DNA of 64,000 bases from Escherichia coli (GTDB lineage: Bacteria > Pseudomonadota > Gammaproteobacteria > Enterobacterales > Enterobacteriaceae): the NCBI RefSeq assembly GCF_041248615.1, contig NZ_CP158426.1; one strand, given 5' to 3'. Below are positions 10,968 to 19,439 of the stretch, one piece after another. The position numbers and the translations under genes were made by a program. Position 1 is the stretch's first letter, and each line of letters starts with the position of its first letter. Below the pieces are notes generated by a model. That model searched no databases, was not told the DNA's origin, and was given only the letters and a program-made list of their open reading frames with translations.

Positions 10968-11554
10968 GTGATGAACGCTACCAACAGCGTCAGCAGCGAG
11001 TGAAAGAAAAAGTCGATGCTCGTGTGGCCCAGGCCCAGGATGAACGCGGTATTATCATCGTTTTTACCGGCAATGGAAAAGGCAAAACCACCGCGGCATT
11101 TGGTACGGCAACTCGTGCAGTAGGCCATGGCAAAAAAGTGGGTATCGTGCAGTTTATTAAAGGCACCTGGCCTAATGGCGAGCGCAATCTACTGGAGCCA
11201 CATGGCGTTGAGTTTCAGGTGATGGCAACGGGCTTTACCTGGGATACACAAAATCGCGAATCTGATACCGCGGCCTGCCGTGAAGTCTGGCAACATGCCA
11301 AACGAATGCTGGCCGATCCTTCACTGGATATGGTTTTGCTCGATGAGCTGACTTATATGGTGGCGTATGATTATTTGCCACTTGAAGAAGTGGTGAAGGC
11401 GTTAAATGAACGTCCACATCAGCAAACCGTCATTATTACGGGTCGTGGTTGTCATCGGGATATACTTGAACTGGCGGATACGGTAAGTGAATTACGCCCC
11501 GTGAAACATGCGTTTGATGCCGGTGTAAAAGCGCAGATAGGGATTGACTACTAA
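10964..11554 (+). CDS. btuR: Cob(I)yrinic acid a,c-diamide adenosyltransferase
   Basis: 196-aa ORF with P-loop GNGKGKTTAAFG; matches BtuR/CobA. Confidence 0.93.
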   Translation: MSDERYQQRQQRVKEKVDARVAQAQDERGIIIVFTGNGKGKTTAAFGTATRAVGHGKKVGIVQFIKGTWPNGERNLLEPHGVEFQVMATGFTWDTQNRESDTAACREVWQHAKRMLADPSLDMVLLDELTYMVAYDYLPLEEVVKALNERPHQQTVIITGRGCHRDILELADTVSELRPVKHAFDAGVKAQIGIDY

Positions 11555-11559
11555 GTGAA

Positions 11560-11592
11560 AGCACCTCAAAAGAAGCCTCTTGAGGTGCTTTA
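11560..11592. terminator. Hairpin at btuR 3' end / islet 3' end (possible bidirectional terminator)
   Basis: Inverted repeat AGCACCTCAAAAG / CTCTTGAGGTGCT with a short loop, lying between two convergent gene ends. Confidence 0.5.
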
Positions 11593-11605
11593 ATCATGAT
11601 TATAT

Positions 11606-11914
11606 TCAAGCGGCAATAGCGAAATTCAGAATACGTGTAATCTCATTCAAATGTCCCGGATATGCTTCATGATTCTCAGCGTCAACATCTTCAATAAATA
11701 ATATCAGTTCAGTAATTAACGCATTAGCATCGTCATAATTTATCCCGGCTAACTCTGGCGAAGTTTCAGTACCATAGTTAATCGTCAGGTTGTTCATAAC
11801 TGTGAGGATATGGATAAAATATTTATGACAAACATTACATGTGGTTTTATTACCCAAAGTATTATACAGCATATCAAGTAATGCCAGTATTCTACGGTTT
11901 TGCACATCGTTCAT
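11606..11914 (-). CDS. Hypothetical 102-aa protein (no signal peptide), second gene of the AT-rich islet
   Basis: ORF in AT-rich DNA, 10 bp downstream of the lipoprotein gene on the same strand; contains a Cys-x2-Cys-His motif (CNVCH); no family recognised. Confidence 0.6.
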   Translation of the reverse strand: MNDVQNRRILALLDMLYNTLGNKTTCNVCHKYFIHILTVMNNLTINYGTETSPELAGINYDDANALITELILFIEDVDAENHEAYPGHLNEITRILNFAIAA

Positions 11915-11924
11915 AAAAAGCCTC

Positions 11925-12926
11925 CTATAACATTATTCCGCTGGCAATAAGTAATTTTGCCAGCCCCTCAGACGCCTTTAACCCACTAATGACCTGTGCG
12001 CGTAATATTTCATTTAATCTTTTTTGTTCAGCTGCCGTGCGTGTTTTATTAACGTATAAGCTTTTTAGATAATCACCCTTATCTATAAAGGCATTTAAAG
12101 CCTCAATCGCAGGCATGGCAGGTGCCGATGCCTGTAGTCTGGTTTCATTCACATTGATTACTGAACTTAGAAACTCCTTCCTGTTTTTCAGAGTGTTAAA
12201 CTCTGTATTCTTAGAGTTTTTAGATGCTGTATTATAATAAAACATATTATCATGCACATTCGCAAAGGTATAATTTTCAATCTTATTGCTTTTTGTATAA
12301 ATATCATTGCGCAAAACCGCCATGTTCTTTATAAGTCTTACCCAGTTTTCATCTGCCGTTTTGCCTATTTTTCCAGAATTGACTTTAATTATATATAACT
12401 CATTGAAATAATTTACCAAATCTTTAACCGCTGCTGCAGATTGAACTAAATCTTTGCTATGTGAAACACCAAGTAGTGTTTGTGCGTTGTTTGCGTGATC
12501 CAGAGCCTGTTTAAGTAATGCCACTTGCTGACTTTCCGTAGTTGCCATATCCTTTGTCAGAAGTTCCACATAAGCGCTCATGCTATTAATGACTTCCATT
12601 GAAGCCAGTAATTTTTCTTTCTCGAAAGGGACTAATTGTACTTGTTTTGTATTTGGCCCTGAACGCTGGCATAATTTTCCGCCATTCCCATCACCGCCTA
12701 TATCAATGGTATAATCAGGTCGCAGAGCACAATCCGGATTAGTCGCGTAGAAATTAACAAGGAAGTTTTCACGAGAAGCATAGTATTGTTTAAAGAAACT
12801 TGCATTCGCCGCTACTGCTTTGTTACCCGCAGTAATAACAGTTTCAGCTTGTTCGTTTTTCAATGCTTCAGTTGCACAACCTGAAAGCATTAACAGCGAT
12901 AGAAATATTCCACTATATCTAATCAT
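11925..12926 (-). CDS. Hypothetical 333-aa predicted lipoprotein, first gene of the AT-rich islet
   Basis: N-terminus MIRYSGIFLSLLMLSGC has a hydrophobic core and an LSGC lipobox (signal peptidase II type); the rest is Asn/Lys-rich with no recognisable catalytic motif; codon usage is AT-biased. Confidence 0.7.
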   Translation of the reverse strand: MIRYSGIFLSLLMLSGCATEALKNEQAETVITAGNKAVAANASFFKQYYASRENFLVNFYATNPDCALRPDYTIDIGGDGNGGKLCQRSGPNTKQVQLVPFEKEKLLASMEVINSMSAYVELLTKDMATTESQQVALLKQALDHANNAQTLLGVSHSKDLVQSAAAVKDLVNYFNELYIIKVNSGKIGKTADENWVRLIKNMAVLRNDIYTKSNKIENYTFANVHDNMFYYNTASKNSKNTEFNTLKNRKEFLSSVINVNETRLQASAPAMPAIEALNAFIDKGDYLKSLYVNKTRTAAEQKRLNEILRAQVISGLKASEGLAKLLIASGIML

Positions 12927-13052
12927 AACCCACCTCTTGACGTTGAGTTTATCTCAGATAATTAAATAGTAATGTGGCTATTTCCGGGTATTATTCATAA
13001 GCAAGTATGAAATTAAATTAAAATACTGCGACTATTTATCATGCTTCAAATG

Positions 13053-13080
13053 AAGAAAAGGCCCCGCAGGGCCTTTATTT
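13053..13080 (-). terminator. Intrinsic terminator downstream of rluB
   Basis: Hairpin AAAGGCCC-CGCA-GGGCCTTT flanked by A/T runs, 16 bp after the rluB stop. Confidence 0.65.
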
Positions 13081-13095
13081 TATACTTATCTTAAA

Positions 13096-13971
13096 TTAAC
13101 CGTTATTATTACGTCCGCCAGAACGGCGACCACCGCTCACCTGGCTATGACGTTTCACCGCACGACGAATCTGATTCGCCTTCATGCGACGACGGTCTTT
13201 TTCTACAGCGACTTTAGAGCTGGTTTCTGGCGGCAGCTCCACCAGTTCGCGCAGGTAGTTAGTCTGGGCGAGGTCCAGCTCCGTCCAGCCACCGCGTGGC
13301 AGACCTTTTGGCAGTGGGATATCACCGTAACGAACACGGATCAGGCGGCTTACCTGCACACCAACCGCTTCCCACAGACGACGAACTTCACGGTTACGGC
13401 CTTCGGTCAGAGTTACGTTGTACCACTGGTTGATCCCTTCGCCGCCGCTGAACTTGATGGTTTTAAAGGCTGCCGGACCATCTTCCAGCTGCACACCACG
13501 GCTTAAATCACGCAGTTTCGCGTCGTCAACCTGACCAAATACACGCACGGCATATTCACGTTCAACTTCACGGCTTGGGTGCATTAAACGGTTTGCCAGT
13601 TCACCATCGGTGGTGAACAGCAGCAGACCACAGGTATTAACGTCCAGGCGACCCACGGCAATCCAGCGTGCGCCACGCAGTTTTGGCAGACGGTCAAACA
13701 CCGTTGGACGTCCTTCCGGATCGTTACGGGTACACAACTCACCTTCCGGTTTGTAATAGGCCAGAACGCGACAAATTTGTTCAGCGGACTCACGTACCGA
13801 AATCAGGTGACCATCGATACGGATTTTCAATCCAGGGGTAATTTCAACACGATCGCCGAGTTTAGCAATTTTGCCATCAACACTCACACGACCGGCTTCA
13901 ATAATAGATTCGATTTCACGGCGAGAGCCGTGGCCGGCACGCGCCAGCACTTTCTGTAGCTTTTCGCTCAT
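13096..13971 (-). CDS. rluB: 23S rRNA pseudouridine(2605) synthase
   Basis: 291-aa ORF with S4 domain and RsuA-family pseudouridine synthase core, Arg/Gly-rich C-terminal tail. Confidence 0.94.
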   Translation of the reverse strand: MSEKLQKVLARAGHGSRREIESIIEAGRVSVDGKIAKLGDRVEITPGLKIRIDGHLISVRESAEQICRVLAYYKPEGELCTRNDPEGRPTVFDRLPKLRGARWIAVGRLDVNTCGLLLFTTDGELANRLMHPSREVEREYAVRVFGQVDDAKLRDLSRGVQLEDGPAAFKTIKFSGGEGINQWYNVTLTEGRNREVRRLWEAVGVQVSRLIRVRYGDIPLPKGLPRGGWTELDLAQTNYLRELVELPPETSSKVAVEKDRRRMKANQIRRAVKRHSQVSGGRRSGGRNNNG

Positions 13972-14181
13972 AGAGCTTCCTTTTGGTGTCGCCTTCCCAG
14001 GCGTCTGATATGCTTTTGTGCAACAGTGAGTCAGAACTTACATCTGACTCACTGATAGTAAAGTCTGTTTGAACTCTTCAGGCCTTAAGTAAACGACTCG
14101 ACGTTTATCGACCTGGCTTTGAGGCGCAACATACTACACTATCTTTATGGTTAAAGCTTGTTTCGATTAACGTCGATTTGG

Positions 14182-16077
14182 TTACCAACCACCACCGCCT
14201 CCGCCACCCGCACCGCCGCCAGCACCACCACCGGAATAGCTTCGCCCCAACAAACTGGTATAGGCCCCGCAACTCAGGTGCGTCTGCAATGAGAATAAAA
14301 CGCCACTACGGGCAATTTCCGGGGCGCTAACAGCCGCTGTGAGTGATGGGGTGATACGTTCTGCCCATTCTCTGCCAAGGTTTGCCGAGACCGCCCAACC
14401 TAACAATGCGTAATCCAGTTTCCGTGTTTCCCCTTTCCGCCGCCGCCCACTGTGTGTTGCCGCCTCTTTACGCGCAAGATAGTTAACGATAGCTTCACCG
14501 TGGGCATAACGTTGCTGCCCAGTTTGGGTAAACTTTGGCAGAAAAATATACCCTATGCCAGTGAGATAACCGGTCAGAAAAACAGCGCTAAAATAACCCG
14601 CTGGCATATACCAGTAAAAGAATACATCTCCGACATTGATATAGAGAGAATAAAAGGCCACGCCTGAACAAATCAGCGGTAAAAACAAAGTGATGATTAC
14701 ACAATTAACGCAAGGCTTGTCATCATCGCGGGCAAACAAAAGCTCAAGGGAACAAAATAAAAAAGGAAGAAGCCAGCAGATCATAATAAACATATCGCCC
14801 ACCAGACTCATTCCTGCCCAGCCTACGGGACTCAGGTTACCGTAGAGAATGACCGCTAATATCGCCATTCCCCCCCATTGCAAAAACGCATCAGGTCGGT
14901 AAAACGAAGACTTTTTACGCGGCAGATAAAATTTCTGCATCCGTAAAAATGCACTGCGTAAGACTCTGTTGCGTCTCCCCGTAAGAACGACCTTATCGCC
15001 TTTACGAAATAACGCTTCCAGTAATAACTTCTCTGCGGGCAGTAATACCGCATTATTTCTGGTCGCGCCTTCATTAACACGAATCAGGATTTGCTGGTTC
15101 TTGTCATACTGATCTTTCAGATGAATTTTGCCTTTCACAATCAGATTTACGATATCGGCACAAAAACCTTTATCGTCGTAAACCAGTTTCGCATCGAGAC
15201 GTAACATGCCGGGTGTGTAATCTGGCGGAATGACATCGGTTTCAATCACATCTACCGGCGTAAATTGCGGCCTGCGCTTCCAGAGATATAACCATCCACA
15301 CGCCAGGAACAGACACGGAAACCAAATTAACAACGATGACGTAGAGGGTAAAAGAAGATGGCTGAAAATATTCGTCGTTTGTGGTGCCGGGGCATTACCA
15401 AGTAAAGCGTGAGGCCAGCGGTAGAGGACCGTGAAGTCTTCACGATAAAACGGATCGCGGGATTCAATTCTTCCGTCCTCAAGGATGCGGCCATTTCGAT
15501 ATGTGTCGCCCTCTTCTCCAGTAAAGAGATCAATTTCGCTAAATGAATTACCCGCAATATCAGGCAACTGGAGAGAAAATCGGGTCTTATAGATTTCAAA
15601 CGGCCACTTGTTACCGGTCACGTTCCAGATTAACAGATCAGAATCTCCCTCACGCAGGAAAGCATTTTTAACCTGATAATGAATTTGATAATGATAGTCA
15701 CCTTGAGGCAAGAAACGTTGTTTATCGCCCACGACAATACTCATTAAACCGATATGCCAGTCAAGATGCCAGGGTTCAGGAACACCATCACGGGTGACGC
15801 CAACAATATGATAGTTCAGCAGTGCAGCGTCACCATTAGGCTGCATCCATAGTCGTGGTAAATCACGATAAAATCCGTGCTTAATCTGCTGATTTCGCGC
15901 CTGAAAATGAATGTTCTCTTTGATGTCGAGCACCCCATCCAGTTGCAGGGTGGCTTCAACATCAAAGAGCGAGATCCCTTCTTCATAAGAAGGGATCTCC
16001 GTGTTTTCTGCATAACTTAGAGATGATACAAACAGCCCTGCTATCAACAGCAAAATGCAGCGAAACTTCCCTGCCAT
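14182..16077 (-). CDS. yciQ: Membrane protein YciQ (DUF2207 family) with C-terminal poly-Gly tail
   Basis: 631-aa ORF with signal peptide, multiple TM segments and a terminal GGGAGGGAGGGGGGGW tail. Confidence 0.9.
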   Translation of the reverse strand: MAGKFRCILLLIAGLFVSSLSYAENTEIPSYEEGISLFDVEATLQLDGVLDIKENIHFQARNQQIKHGFYRDLPRLWMQPNGDAALLNYHIVGVTRDGVPEPWHLDWHIGLMSIVVGDKQRFLPQGDYHYQIHYQVKNAFLREGDSDLLIWNVTGNKWPFEIYKTRFSLQLPDIAGNSFSEIDLFTGEEGDTYRNGRILEDGRIESRDPFYREDFTVLYRWPHALLGNAPAPQTTNIFSHLLLPSTSSLLIWFPCLFLACGWLYLWKRRPQFTPVDVIETDVIPPDYTPGMLRLDAKLVYDDKGFCADIVNLIVKGKIHLKDQYDKNQQILIRVNEGATRNNAVLLPAEKLLLEALFRKGDKVVLTGRRNRVLRSAFLRMQKFYLPRKKSSFYRPDAFLQWGGMAILAVILYGNLSPVGWAGMSLVGDMFIMICWLLPFLFCSLELLFARDDDKPCVNCVIITLFLPLICSGVAFYSLYINVGDVFFYWYMPAGYFSAVFLTGYLTGIGYIFLPKFTQTGQQRYAHGEAIVNYLARKEAATHSGRRRKGETRKLDYALLGWAVSANLGREWAERITPSLTAAVSAPEIARSGVLFSLQTHLSCGAYTSLLGRSYSGGGAGGGAGGGGGGGW

Positions 16078-16104
16078 AGTCTTCCATCCGTGGAACGCAA
16101 TTTG

Positions 16105-16725
16105 TTATAAGAAAGGCTTCACATCACCTACGCCTTCACGCACCACGACCGGCGTATCATCAGTAAGATCAATAACCGTTGTTGGTTTCTGCCCGAGATA
16201 GCCGCCGTGAATAATCAAATCCACCTGTTTTTCCAGACGGTCTTTAATTTCTTCCGGATCGGATTCGGTAAATTCGCTACCTGGCAGCATCAGTGATGTG
16301 GAAAGCATCGGTTCGCCCAATGCTTCAAGCAGCGCCTGCGCAATCGGGTTAGAAGGCACACGCATACCGATGGTTTTGCGTTTTTCCTGCAACAGACGGC
16401 GTGGCACTTCCTTCGTCCCCTTCAGGATGAAGGTATAGTTGCCCGGCGTGTTGTTTTTCATTAAACGAAACGCAACGTTATCGACAAATGAATAGGTCGA
16501 GAGTTCAGAAAGATCGCGACACATCAGGGTAAAGTTGTGACCGTCCGGCAGCTGGCGAATACGACAAATACGCTCCATCGCGTTTTTATCTTCAATTTTA
16601 CAGCCGAGCGCATAGCCGGAATCAGTTGGATAAACAATCACCCCGCCTTTACGCACGATCTCCACCGCCTGGTTGATCAGACGTTGCTGCGGGTTATCAG
16701 GATGAATATAAAAAAACTGGCTCAT
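16105..16725 (-). CDS. yciO: YrdC/Sua5-family RNA-binding protein YciO
   Basis: 206-aa product starting MSQFFYIHPDNPQQ...; track ORF is extended 12 codons upstream; start overlaps the trpH stop. Confidence 0.9.
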   Translation of the reverse strand: MSQFFYIHPDNPQQRLINQAVEIVRKGGVIVYPTDSGYALGCKIEDKNAMERICRIRQLPDGHNFTLMCRDLSELSTYSFVDNVAFRLMKNNTPGNYTFILKGTKEVPRRLLQEKRKTIGMRVPSNPIAQALLEALGEPMLSTSLMLPGSEFTESDPEEIKDRLEKQVDLIIHGGYLGQKPTTVIDLTDDTPVVVREGVGDVKPFL

Positions 16726-17603
16726 AATTCCCTCTCTGTGGTGTTCTGCGGCTGTTCCCATAGCTGCCAGACGCCTTCAACGCCTGCGGGCAGCCAGAGT
16801 TTACGACCCAGTTCGATCCACGGGCATGGCTGATGAAAATCAGATCCTTGTGATGCCCATAAATGATGCTGACGCGCAAGTGTCGCCAGCTGGGTGCGTT
16901 CATTGGGCGATTGCTGGCACTGCGCGACTTCCATCGCGTCGCCGTGGTGTTCGGCAAAATGCGCAACCAATCTTTTCAGCCATTTAGCACTAAGATTGTA
17001 CCGCCCAGGATGAGCTAGCACCGCCTTACCGCCAGAATGATGAATGACATCAATAGCTTGTTCTATTGTACACCACTGTGGCGGAACGTATCCGGTTTTC
17101 CCGCGCGCCAGATACTTTTTAAAGACATCCGCCATTGAACTGGCTTTGCCGCACTCCACAAGGAAACGCGCAAAATGACCGCGCGTCACCGCACCGCCCT
17201 GCGCCAGTCTTTGCGCGCCTTCCAGTGCCCCAGGTATTTGCGCTTTTTCAAGTCTTTCGGCAATCAGCTGCGCCCGCTGATTGCGCCGTTCTGTCTGCTG
17301 CGCGAGGAACTCACGCATTAGCGGATGAGTAATATCAATATTCAGCCCGACAATATGAATTTCATGATTTTCCCAGACTGTGGAAATTTCCACGCCGGGT
17401 ATAAGATTCAGCGCCAGTCCCGAACGTGAAATTTCCTCTCTTGCTGGCGCGATTGCAGCTGTGGTGTCATGGTCGGTGATCGCCAGGGTGCCGACGCGCA
17501 TCTCGACTGCACGGTGCACCAATGCTTCTGGCGTCAGGCAGCCATCGGAAGCTGTGGTATGGCTGTGCAGGTCGTAAATCACTGCGTAATTCGTGTCGCT
17601 CAA
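16722..17603 (-). CDS. trpH: PHP-domain 5'-3' exoribonuclease TrpH (YciV/Rnm)
   Basis: 293-aa ORF with PHP motifs (HSHTTASDG, HPGRY); located immediately upstream of and divergent from the trp operon. Confidence 0.92.
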   Translation of the reverse strand: MSDTNYAVIYDLHSHTTASDGCLTPEALVHRAVEMRVGTLAITDHDTTAAIAPAREEISRSGLALNLIPGVEISTVWENHEIHIVGLNIDITHPLMREFLAQQTERRNQRAQLIAERLEKAQIPGALEGAQRLAQGGAVTRGHFARFLVECGKASSMADVFKKYLARGKTGYVPPQWCTIEQAIDVIHHSGGKAVLAHPGRYNLSAKWLKRLVAHFAEHHGDAMEVAQCQQSPNERTQLATLARQHHLWASQGSDFHQPCPWIELGRKLWLPAGVEGVWQLWEQPQNTTEREL

Positions 17604-17678
17604 GGCGCACTCCCGTTCTGGATAATGTTTTTTGCGCCGACATCATAACGGTTCTGGCAAATATTCTGAAATGAGCTG

Positions 17679-17713
17679 TTGACAATTAATCATTGAACTA
17701 GTTAACTAGTACG
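17679..17713 (+). promoter_or_regulatory. trp promoter (-35 TTGACA 17679..17684, -10 TTAACT 17702..17707) with overlapping TrpR operator palindrome
   Basis: Classic sequence CTGTTGACAATTAATCAT.GAACTAGTTAACTAGTACGCAAG read directly; 17-bp spacer. Confidence 0.92.
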
Positions 17714-17740
17714 CAAGTTCACGTAAAAAGGGTATCGACA

Positions 17741-17785
17741 ATGAAAGCAATTTTCGTACTGAAAGGTTGGTGGCGCACTTCCTGA
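17741..17785 (+). CDS. trpL: trp operon leader peptide ([14 protein letters not shown])
   Basis: 14-codon ORF with tandem Trp codons TGG TGG at 17768..17773. Confidence 0.95.
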
Positions 17786-17827
17786 AACGGGCAGTGTATT
17801 CACCATGCGTAAAGCAATCAGATACCC

Positions 17828-17856
17828 AGCCCGCCTAATGAGCGGGCTTTTTTTTG
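17828..17856 (+). terminator. trp attenuator (3:4 terminator hairpin plus U-tract)
   Basis: AGCCCGCC-TAAT-GAGCGGGCT followed by TTTTTTTT, between trpL and trpE. Confidence 0.92.
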
Positions 17857-17876
17857 AACAAAATTAGAGAATAACA

Positions 17877-19439
17877 ATGCAAACACAAAAACCGACTCTT
17901 GAACTGCTAACCTGCGAAGGCGCTTATCGCGACAACCCGACTGCGCTTTTTCACCAGTTGTGTGGGAATCGTCCAGCAACGCTGCTGCTGGAATCCGCAG
18001 ATATCGACAGCAAAGATGATTTAAAAAGCCTGCTGCTGGTAGACAGTGCGCTGCGCATTACAGCATTAGGTGACACGGTCACAATTCAGGCACTTTCCGG
18101 CAATGGTGAAGCCCTGCTGGCACTACTGGATAACGCCCTGCCTGCGGGTGTGGAAAATGAACAATCACCAAACTGCCGTGTGCTGCGCTTCCCCCCTGTC
18201 AGTCCACTGCTGGATGAAGACGCCCGCTTATGCTCCCTTTCGGTTTTTGACGCTTTCCGCTTATTACAGAATCTGTTGCATGTACCGAAGGAAGAACGAG
18301 AAGCAATGTTCTTCGGCGGCCTGTTCTCTTATGACCTTGTGGCGGGGTTTGAAGATTTACCGCAACTGTCAGCGGAAAATAACTGCCCTGATTTCTGTTT
18401 TTATCTCGCTGAAACGCTGATGGTGATTGACCATCAGAAAAAAAGCACCCGCATTCAGGCCAGCCTGTTTGCTCCGAATGAAGAAGAAAAACAACGTCTC
18501 ACTGCTCGCCTGAACGATCTTCGCCAGCAACTGACCGAAACCGCGCCACCGCTGCCGGTGGTTTCCGTGCCGCATATGCGTTGTGAATGTAACCAGAGCG
18601 ATGAAGAGTTCGGTGGCGTAGTGCGTTTGTTGCAAAAAGCGATTCGCGCTGGAGAAATTTTCCAGGTGGTGCCATCTCGCCGTTTCTCTCTGCCCTGCCC
18701 GTCACCGCTGGCGGCCTATTACGTGCTGAAAAAGAGTAATCCCAGCCCGTACATGTTTTTTATGCAGGATAATGATTTCACCCTGTTTGGCGCGTCGCCG
18801 GAAAGTTCGCTCAAGTATGACGCCACCAGCCGCCAGATTGAGATCTACCCGATTGCCGGAACACGCCCGCGCGGTCGTCGCGCCGATGGCTCGCTGGACA
18901 GAGACCTCGACAGCCGCATCGAACTGGAAATGCGTACCGATCATAAAGAGCTTTCTGAACATCTGATGCTGGTGGATCTCGCCCGTAATGATCTGGCACG
19001 CATTTGCACCCCCGGTAGTCGCTACGTCGCCGATCTCACCAAAGTTGACCGTTATTCTTATGTGATGCACCTCGTCTCCCGCGTGGTCGGTGAGCTGCGC
19101 CACGATCTCGACGCCCTGCACGCTTACCGCGCCTGTATGAATATGGGGACATTAAGCGGTGCGCCGAAAGTGCGCGCCATGCAGTTAATTGCCGGGGCGG
19201 AAGGTCGTCGCCGCGGCAGCTACGGCGGCGCAGTAGGTTATTTCACCGCGCATGGCGATCTCGACACCTGCATTGTGATCCGCTCGGCGCTGGTGGAAAA
19301 CGGTATCGCCACCGTGCAAGCCGGTGCTGGCGTGGTACTTGATTCTGTTCCGCAGTCGGAAGCCGACGAAACCCGTAATAAAGCCCGCGCTGTACTGCGC
19401 GCTATTGCCACCGCGCATCATGCACAGGAGACGTTCTGA
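17877..19439 (+). CDS. trpE: Anthranilate synthase component I
   Basis: 520-aa [24 protein letters not shown]...; stop overlaps the trpD start (TGATG). Confidence 0.97.
   Translation: MQTQKPTLELLTCEGAYRDNPTALFHQLCGNRPATLLLESADIDSKDDLKSLLLVDSALRITALGDTVTIQALSGNGEALLALLDNALPAGVENEQSPNCRVLRFPPVSPLLDEDARLCSLSVFDAFRLLQNLLHVPKEEREAMFFGGLFSYDLVAGFEDLPQLSAENNCPDFCFYLAETLMVIDHQKKSTRIQASLFAPNEEEKQRLTARLNDLRQQLTETAPPLPVVSVPHMRCECNQSDEEFGGVVRLLQKAIRAGEIFQVVPSRRFSLPCPSPLAAYYVLKKSNPSPYMFFMQDNDFTLFGASPESSLKYDATSRQIEIYPIAGTRPRGRRADGSLDRDLDSRIELEMRTDHKELSEHLMLVDLARNDLARICTPGSRYVADLTKVDRYSYVMHLVSRVVGELRHDLDALHAYRACMNMGTLSGAPKVRAMQLIAGAEGRRRGSYGGAVGYFTAHGDLDTCIVIRSALVENGIATVQAGAGVVLDSVPQSEADETRNKARAVLRAIATAHHAQETF

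Noticed and set aside
11589-13044. Short similar sequences at the islet borders (TTAATCATG near 11590 and TTATCATGC near 13036) as possible target duplication or att site
   Set aside because: The match is short and imperfect and could easily occur by chance in AT-rich DNA; no integrase or transposase gene is present in the islet.
18070-19121. Internal and antisense ORFs within trpE (18070..18420, 18369..18635, 18702..19121)
   Set aside because: All lie inside the intact trpE coding region; no independent evidence of coding.
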